DNA of 64,000 nucleotides from a virus (Duplodnaviria; Caudoviricetes): IMG/VR virus record IMGVR_UViG_3300032240_001498, positions 64,001 to 128,000 of that record; one strand, 5' to 3'. Shown piece by piece: positions 61,001 to 64,000 of this stretch (position 1 is its first letter; each line of letters starts with the position of its first letter). The notes under the pieces were generated by a model. It saw only the letters and a program-made list of their open reading frames with translations, ran no database searches and was not told where the DNA came from. The position numbers and the translations under genes were made by a program.

Positions 61001-64000
61001 ACCGAGTAACTGTGTCTTATTCAGGAAATAATTATCTTTACCCCCCAACTGTTACAGTGGCTGGCAACGGACACGGAGCAGTAATCCACACAATGTTAAA
61101 CGATCTAGGACGAGTTGTTGGTGCAACTATTGTTGAGCCAGGATCTGGCTATACAGCAATACCAAAATTGATAGTTCGACCATACACTGTGTATGTGCAA
61201 ACAGATTCTGAAGCAAACAATATGTGGAGTAAGTTTGAGTGGAATCAAGCAGAACAGTTGTGGATCCGTATACACAGCCAACAATACGATGTAACCAAGT
61301 ACTGGGCTCCTGTGGACTGGACTCGAGCAGATTATAATAATTTACAACTAATTTCTTATACAATAAGTGACACATACGGATTGAATGGTATTACTCCTAG
61401 AATTGGAGACCTTGTAAAAATACAAAATGCCGGTGCAGGCCGCTATGTAGTCTTAAAGAAAGTTGATAAAACAATTAAGGTTGGTACATTTGATACTGAC
61501 TATGATATTATCGCTGAAGAAAAAGGAACAATACAAATTGATCCTGCACTATGGAGCCTGTCCCTAACTGACTTTGGCTTTGATGAAGTTGCCGCATACG
61601 ATTCAACTTTCTTTGACCAAGCTCCTGATGTAGAATTAAAATATATTCTTAAAGCAATTAAAGATGATTTGTTTGTAGGTGATTTAAAACACTATTGGAA
61701 CAAATTTTTCTTCCATGCTGTAAAATATGTGTTCTCAGAACAGACCAATCTTGATTGGGCGTTTAAAACAGCCTTTATCAGCGTTAAGAACAAAGCTGGC
61801 GCATTGGATCAGCGTCCAACATATAAGTTGCAAGATAGTGCGTTCTACGAAAAATGGATCGAAGAAGTAAAACCTTATCATACAAAAATTAGAAACTTTA
61901 CAACAGATTATACATCGTTAGAGCCAACTCATACTTTTAGTACTGACTTTGATCTACCTGCGTACTATGATCAAACTTTAGAAAAATTTACGACACTTAA
62001 ATCTTTTGGAGACCCGTTACTTAACACTTATCCTTACAAGTCATGGGCAGATAATTTCTCTTATGGTGTAGGCGAAGTTCAAGTTACTAACGGCGGATCT
62101 AATTATGTAAGTCCTCCTAGGGTAGAAATTATAACAGCGCCGGGCGACACAGGGTACGGAGCGACAGCAATAGCCTATATTAGTCTCGGAAAAGTCTATG
62201 ATTTTGTTGTGACCAATCCGGGTAGTAATTATACAGTAACTCCTACCGTTGTTTTAATTGGTGGCGGTGGCAAAGATTTTGAACCAGCAAGGGCCAGAGC
62301 ACAACTATATAACGGAAAAGTAAGATCAACTTCTGTAACAATGAAATTTGATCGTATTTCCTACGGAACAGAAATTGTAGATATTAATGCAACTGATTAT
62401 TTTGTAGGCGATGGCGAAACCTATACATGGTTGTTAACTTGGGTACCACAAGCCGAGAAGAATACAATTGATCTTACCATAGATGGATCAATGATACTGA
62501 GCGATCAATACACTATCGAATATTATTCAGACTTGTTTACAAATACCAGCGGAGTTACTGCTCTTAAGAAATTTGCAAAATTGGTATTGAATTTTGTTCC
62601 TGATAAAGAAAAACGTCTAGTATTGAAATATATTAAAGATATCAAATTGTTATCAGCAGTTGACCGAATCAACAATTATTATAATCCTGGTTCCGGAATG
62701 CCCGGCAAAGAGCTAACCCAATTGATGAAAGGCATGACCTTTGGCGGAGTTAAGGTCGATACCCTGCCGTTTAATTATGCATCTGGTTGGGATGCACTAC
62801 CATACTATACCAGCGCCTGGGACAGCTATTCTAGTGAAGCTAATTATGGAGTAGTAACTGATCCGTTGAATAAGGCAGTAGCACAGGCAACAAGCATTAA
62901 TGCAGAATTGGCATCAGCAACAACTGAGCTATCATTCTGGTCAACACGTTTATCTCAGTTACAATCAGCGTTAGCACAGACTCCTACTCTAATACAGGTT
63001 CCGGGAGCAGGGGTGCAATTGATTAACAATCCTGAATATCAGTATATTTTAGGACAAGTCAATGAAGCTCAAATTCAAGTAAACAATTATACAGCAAAAA
63101 TTGCTGAGCTCAATGGTATACTAACCAAAGGAGCGGCACAATTAATACCAATAACTACGCCATTTACAGTTCCTGTTGGTACTAATATCAATGTGTATGT
63201 AACAACAGGCTCAGGAAGAACAACTCGACTAGATCCTACAGTAGTTCCTACAATTATTGGATCTGGAACAACAGCAACAGTCTATATTCCGTTGGCTAAT
63301 TTTACTCAGAGTTTTACCGCGACTCAGTATGTTACATTTAGAGATCAAACAAGTGATGGAACAATCCTTCCTGGTGACCCAGATGCATTAGACGCAGTAA
63401 TCAGTGGTGGCCAACTAGGCGAAATCACACTTGGTATTAAGCCATCTGATATTTTACTAGATGGTAGTGCGTTTTTAGATACAAACTATAGTCATGCACC
63501 GGAAGAATTATTACCAGGACAAGTACAAGAAAGTTTTGCTGTTACTGTATTTGAATCAAAGGGCCAAGCAAGTCCGTTGATTATCAACAGAAAATATCTG
63601 TTAGATAATTTAACTACAACTTTTGAAATTGGTGGTAAGCCTGCAAGCACAGCATCTGTGTTGGTAAGCGTTGGTACTACTCCGTTGCGTTATGCAGTTG
63701 ACTATACAGTAAACACCATTGCTAATACAGTAAGTATAGCATCTAATACTTGGACAGGTTGGTTGAGTGTTAGTGGACTAACTGTTGGCGGAACCGGCCT
63801 AGTTGATACTCAGATAGCAACAACAGTAAATGCTACATCTACTACTATTGTTAGTTCTGTTGCATTGGCAAGTATCAAAGATGCCTATGTCACTGTTAAC
63901 GGACAAGAAACAAAAACATTTGCTATTAATGCGGCTCCTGGTTATCAGAATAAGAAAAAGCCAAAGGGAGCAATCACTGTATATCACAACAACATTGGTT
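52036..64000 (+). CDS. Giant baseplate-associated structural protein (>3988 aa, partial, runs off right end; gp7 position) with a 7-blade FG-GAP propeller and CBM-like motifs
   Basis: ATG at 52036 (MAKNTRNELTDV...). The track lists no terminated ORF in this frame, and the frame is open where I translated it (e.g. 56.3, 57.1, 58.4-59.8 kb and the last line). It follows gp6 directly. Confidence 0.8.
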   Translation, partial: MAKNTRNELTDVYNLNDPSHTRKTSDLLPAYLQTDKNIKFLSSTLDRLVEVPRVERISGYVGSKITSTYNPLKDQYISSVSKLTQDYQLEPGLVVRDENNEITHAVSYDDLINQLSYYGATTNNHDKILRPTTYSYDPKIDIDKFVNYTQYYWLEGGPDPIEITGMQNATVSEYTVTDGGATIDTFTTVDLKTISSANNATVFIFTPNGLTPDPTVTFYRGMTYVLNVTSVHNLYIKTALSYGQADQYTGVINNGSKDGQIIITVDDLTPDVLYYVAGDDTRVAGKIVVKSMLENTELNVETDLIGKKVYRSGNNVVLSNGMVIYFPDSVFPESYARKRWIVEGVGTAITLIDFDSLQNNVDLSNNLDTNFDAQRFDEYPFDDFRNAPITPDYVTINRASLDRNPWSRYNRWFHAGIIEASAKANGVPSVYPQDKRARRPIIEFQPNIKLFNFGVISKPNAHLMDTVTTDTFFAVEGSAGYYVDGVLLEEGYRVIFNADLDPLVRGKTFVVKIETVNGNQIINLIEDLTSTPSVGDAVVTAEGSIYRGSSWWWDGTSWILAQQKTGLNQAPVFDLFDPNGISYSDTTHYPGNFSGTRLFGYTDGTIYDPVLNLNLKYLNVANIGDFLFTNYFNTDTFSVASATGTTIVPVSSGFLKISDKFANAWVRSATIQIPILQYQVIETITNSIEVNAIDYAGWQTDLTIDVFVNDVKKIKFVDYEVVPENQYLIVVFKANLAISDRVLFKLYTTAVPNANGTYEPSLSLTNNPLNGPITQLTLAEFTNQLQSISEKVPFFTGSALGSNNLRDLGDTAQYGKRLISHVSPLSFAHFFIGLKEHSIINAVKKVSDDYQNFKSTFLKAVDEITNAITPRDAVDQILSTINAGKDIMFPYGYSDMVPYGQDYVLRTYTVTDLRITTYALPSIVNLVDVNDNAVIIYINGSQAMLNIDYTIPSTDPSVTFVKKLNLGDLIEIRSYATTQGCYVPNTPSKLGLYPSFSPSRYFDTTYTTPSFVIEGHDGSIMQAYNDYRDDIILELEKRIFNNIKSNSVYSPSLVDINSVLPGAYRNKDFSYSEIFKILSSEFLKWTGANGVDYRKNIIAVNEPRTWNYRTSATNPTNNLQLPGHWRGIFKYFYDTDRPHTHAWEMLGFSEQPDWWRSQYGPAPFTSGNTLLWTDLSYGIIRQGPRAGVDLNYARPNLLDILPVTENGTLLDPQSIGLAQNVIFNQTNAEWIFGDHGPAETAWRRSSSWPFAVQILLALTKPADYASILFDTSRIQLSVAGQTVYGLNEQLLKLSDLILYRDTIDGKLQYAAGYSVMLIEAGLQRNLNYIDKLKADLAGVDYNLIYKAEGFLDKDKLAVRIDSVDPSSVNPGVLLPAEDYAIQLNQSNPILSLSISGIIVQKSQGAYIVKGYDSLKPYFTILNPIHSFQDTKVTLGGTSENFVTWTENKFYQTGQLVSYQNNYYRTKLSHTATTTFNSSNFQQLADLPTVGGVTVAKARQYETATTTVSYGSTLLTIQDVYDFLMGYGKYLERQGFVFDYFQTELNSILDWDFATKEFLFWTTQNWIDGSIIVLSPFAQQVKFKTVDSLGNQTLYGIVDDLTDPYYQYNLLTADGTVFPSQQFTLSREDNQFVIESLLPNTGFYFAQVNIIQKQHAVIFNNFSMFNDIVYDKETGYRQQRIKLTGFRTAEWNGGLTTPGFIYDEAVVADWQQYTDYAPGEVVRYSGKYYSAIMKVDGSAAFDFTGWWGLGLKPTPSLLPNFEYKITQFEDFYSLDIDNFDVGQQRMAQHLTGYTPRIYLDNIFDDRIAQYKFYQGYIKEKGTANSVTKLAKASLNNLQGQVEFLETWAFRIGAFGGYNSYKELQINLSDQKFVQNPQIIQFTGFSSVNNDFIYRVPQSDVLIVPDDYDYNKVFPTLDTNFSEYIPEIQTAGYVRVDDVTATAYNVNSILDIGDPNLIAEGSTFWLGFSPTGSWDVLRYTRQNVQIIDVTVTNPGIGIQFTTAQSHGLSVGEIVAVSRFIPDLNKVYLITSIESNTQFTVSSTLTAVPYSSDVYIGIVSKFVSVRFGSFDDLASLPRLTTTKYGDKIWVDNDGTKKWAVYEKINNYSATTYSDAVDNTNQLYGFSFSTNESTSTYVVSAPGFYDNNYGYGKIFVYDKTSTRDVKTNTIFTYSLKDSSHDYYLSTVSPEFGYSLKYDATNNIIFAGAPATSRVRGDATGTGDLRFVNDANNVTPLDRTGMIKITAINRILNQPVTLAALTTPNPTSNGRYGNSIVANSSATNKQFLVGAPGEGIGHVYNYTMTMGQYNTSTVTVSALTALSNANLPTGSFFGQSIAASDDLSIVAVGAPGAYTDTGVVRIFTKNSNNTFTALPADITKDTTGPDGKGGLKGLITSGDLLGNKLVMSKDGQYLFISSPGTQYGLYQGMVSVWKWNGSKFAWLQNLTQPNRNSNTIFGFDISVDDTKETLVISSIGTLELQNITFDTYMGLLPNATALYGTKYVKDPATDVRHVKTTFDNQSTRFYSNIEGAGSVSVFNRYQTYFSYAQDIQSNAITTGSDFGYSITQLGGNIYVGAPTSDTLAGKNNGQTFIFQKIDRSVNSWSLLRYEEPLVDPAVIKRLMIIDADKDVITQYLEIFDPVKGYVPGAAEQELSYKTMTDPATYTLGTGKISVDTNANWTDTHVGELWWDTGAVKYYWYEQGDLEYRKNQWGTTFPGSAIQVYEWVSSDLLPSEWAAVADTNNGLLRGISGQPKYPDNSVLSVKQVYNQVTNTFSNVYYYWVRNKTTLPATRNRRINAITVAGLIADPKNQLVEHATILRQDALALVNIKGLINNNSTNLHINFDRLTNSTPRHTEWLLLQEGDPYSSPSVMLEQKLIDSLVGYDKIGQPVPDPSLSVQQRYGINVRPRQTMFADRIEALRTVLEWTNTVLLENRIISLKSIPNLKMMEQIPSSEENAWDQIVETNYQLDLIETKALRQAQLVCTINSNGGIDRVTVSYSGNNYLYPPTVTVAGNGHGAVIHTMLNDLGRVVGATIVEPGSGYTAIPKLIVRPYTVYVQTDSEANNMWSKFEWNQAEQLWIRIHSQQYDVTKYWAPVDWTRADYNNLQLISYTISDTYGLNGITPRIGDLVKIQNAGAGRYVVLKKVDKTIKVGTFDTDYDIIAEEKGTIQIDPALWSLSLTDFGFDEVAAYDSTFFDQAPDVELKYILKAIKDDLFVGDLKHYWNKFFFHAVKYVFSEQTNLDWAFKTAFISVKNKAGALDQRPTYKLQDSAFYEKWIEEVKPYHTKIRNFTTDYTSLEPTHTFSTDFDLPAYYDQTLEKFTTLKSFGDPLLNTYPYKSWADNFSYGVGEVQVTNGGSNYVSPPRVEIITAPGDTGYGATAIAYISLGKVYDFVVTNPGSNYTVTPTVVLIGGGGKDFEPARARAQLYNGKVRSTSVTMKFDRISYGTEIVDINATDYFVGDGETYTWLLTWVPQAEKNTIDLTIDGSMILSDQYTIEYYSDLFTNTSGVTALKKFAKLVLNFVPDKEKRLVLKYIKDIKLLSAVDRINNYYNPGSGMPGKELTQLMKGMTFGGVKVDTLPFNYASGWDALPYYTSAWDSYSSEANYGVVTDPLNKAVAQATSINAELASATTELSFWSTRLSQLQSALAQTPTLIQVPGAGVQLINNPEYQYILGQVNEAQIQVNNYTAKIAELNGILTKGAAQLIPITTPFTVPVGTNINVYVTTGSGRTTRLDPTVVPTIIGSGTTATVYIPLANFTQSFTATQYVTFRDQTSDGTILPGDPDALDAVISGGQLGEITLGIKPSDILLDGSAFLDTNYSHAPEELLPGQVQESFAVTVFESKGQASPLIINRKYLLDNLTTTFEIGGKPASTASVLVSVGTTPLRYAVDYTVNTIANTVSIASNTWTGWLSVSGLTVGGTGLVDTQIATTVNATSTTIVSSVALASIKDAYVTVNGQETKTFAINAAPGYQNKKKPKGAITVYHNNIG

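Noticed and set aside
53000-63990. Short ORFs listed inside the giant right-end gene (e.g. 55679-55894, 58023-58274, 59739-60011)
   Set aside because: Alternative-frame or antisense fragments within one continuous, motif-bearing frame starting at 52036.
1-64000. CRISPR array, tRNA genes, integrase/transposase, intein, reverse transcriptase or DGR-type repeat pair
   Set aside because: No regularly spaced direct repeats, cloverleaves or diagnostic motifs were seen. The duplicated fibre modules differ at synonymous positions rather than showing adenine-specific variation.
1-64000. Stop-codon reassignment
   Set aside because: Conserved genes are full length in code 11 and end at TAA, TAG or TGA. 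The large gaps in the ORF track (1-4.6 kb and 52-64 kb) are explained by ORFs running off the window ends.

Overview
This window is the virion morphogenesis and late-gene region of a large T4-like myovirus. GC is about 40% by eye, the genetic code is standard (table 11) and the host cannot be determined from this window. The minus strand (1-33.3 kb) carries three giant fibre/appendage proteins (>1532, 2295 and 2952 aa), several small virion proteins, a head module (gp23, gp22, gp21 and gp20 homologues) and a tape-measure-like gene. The centre holds a divergent gp26/gp51-like chaperone pair with a -1 slippery site, a ~460-nt highly structured non-coding element directly after a GIY-YIG gene, a 2OG-Fe(II) oxygenase, an Hc1-like basic protein and a gp55-gp47-gp46 operon behind sigma70-type promoters. 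The plus strand (40.9-64 kb) is the baseplate module: tube initiator, gp53, hub, gp5-like spike, gp25, gp6 and a >3988-aa protein that runs off the right end. TAAATA late-promoter boxes precede most late units. The most striking observations are (i) 13 tandem phycobiliprotein-like globin repeats in the 2952-aa protein, each keeping the Cys-x-Arg-Asp bilin-attachment motif, (ii) an SGNH esterase inserted inside the lambda-R-type transglycosylase of the spike, (iii) the structured RNA tied to the GIY-YIG gene, (iv) the candidate -1 frameshift and (v) a T4-style RBS-occluding hairpin. All family assignments come from motif recognition by eye; no database search was run.
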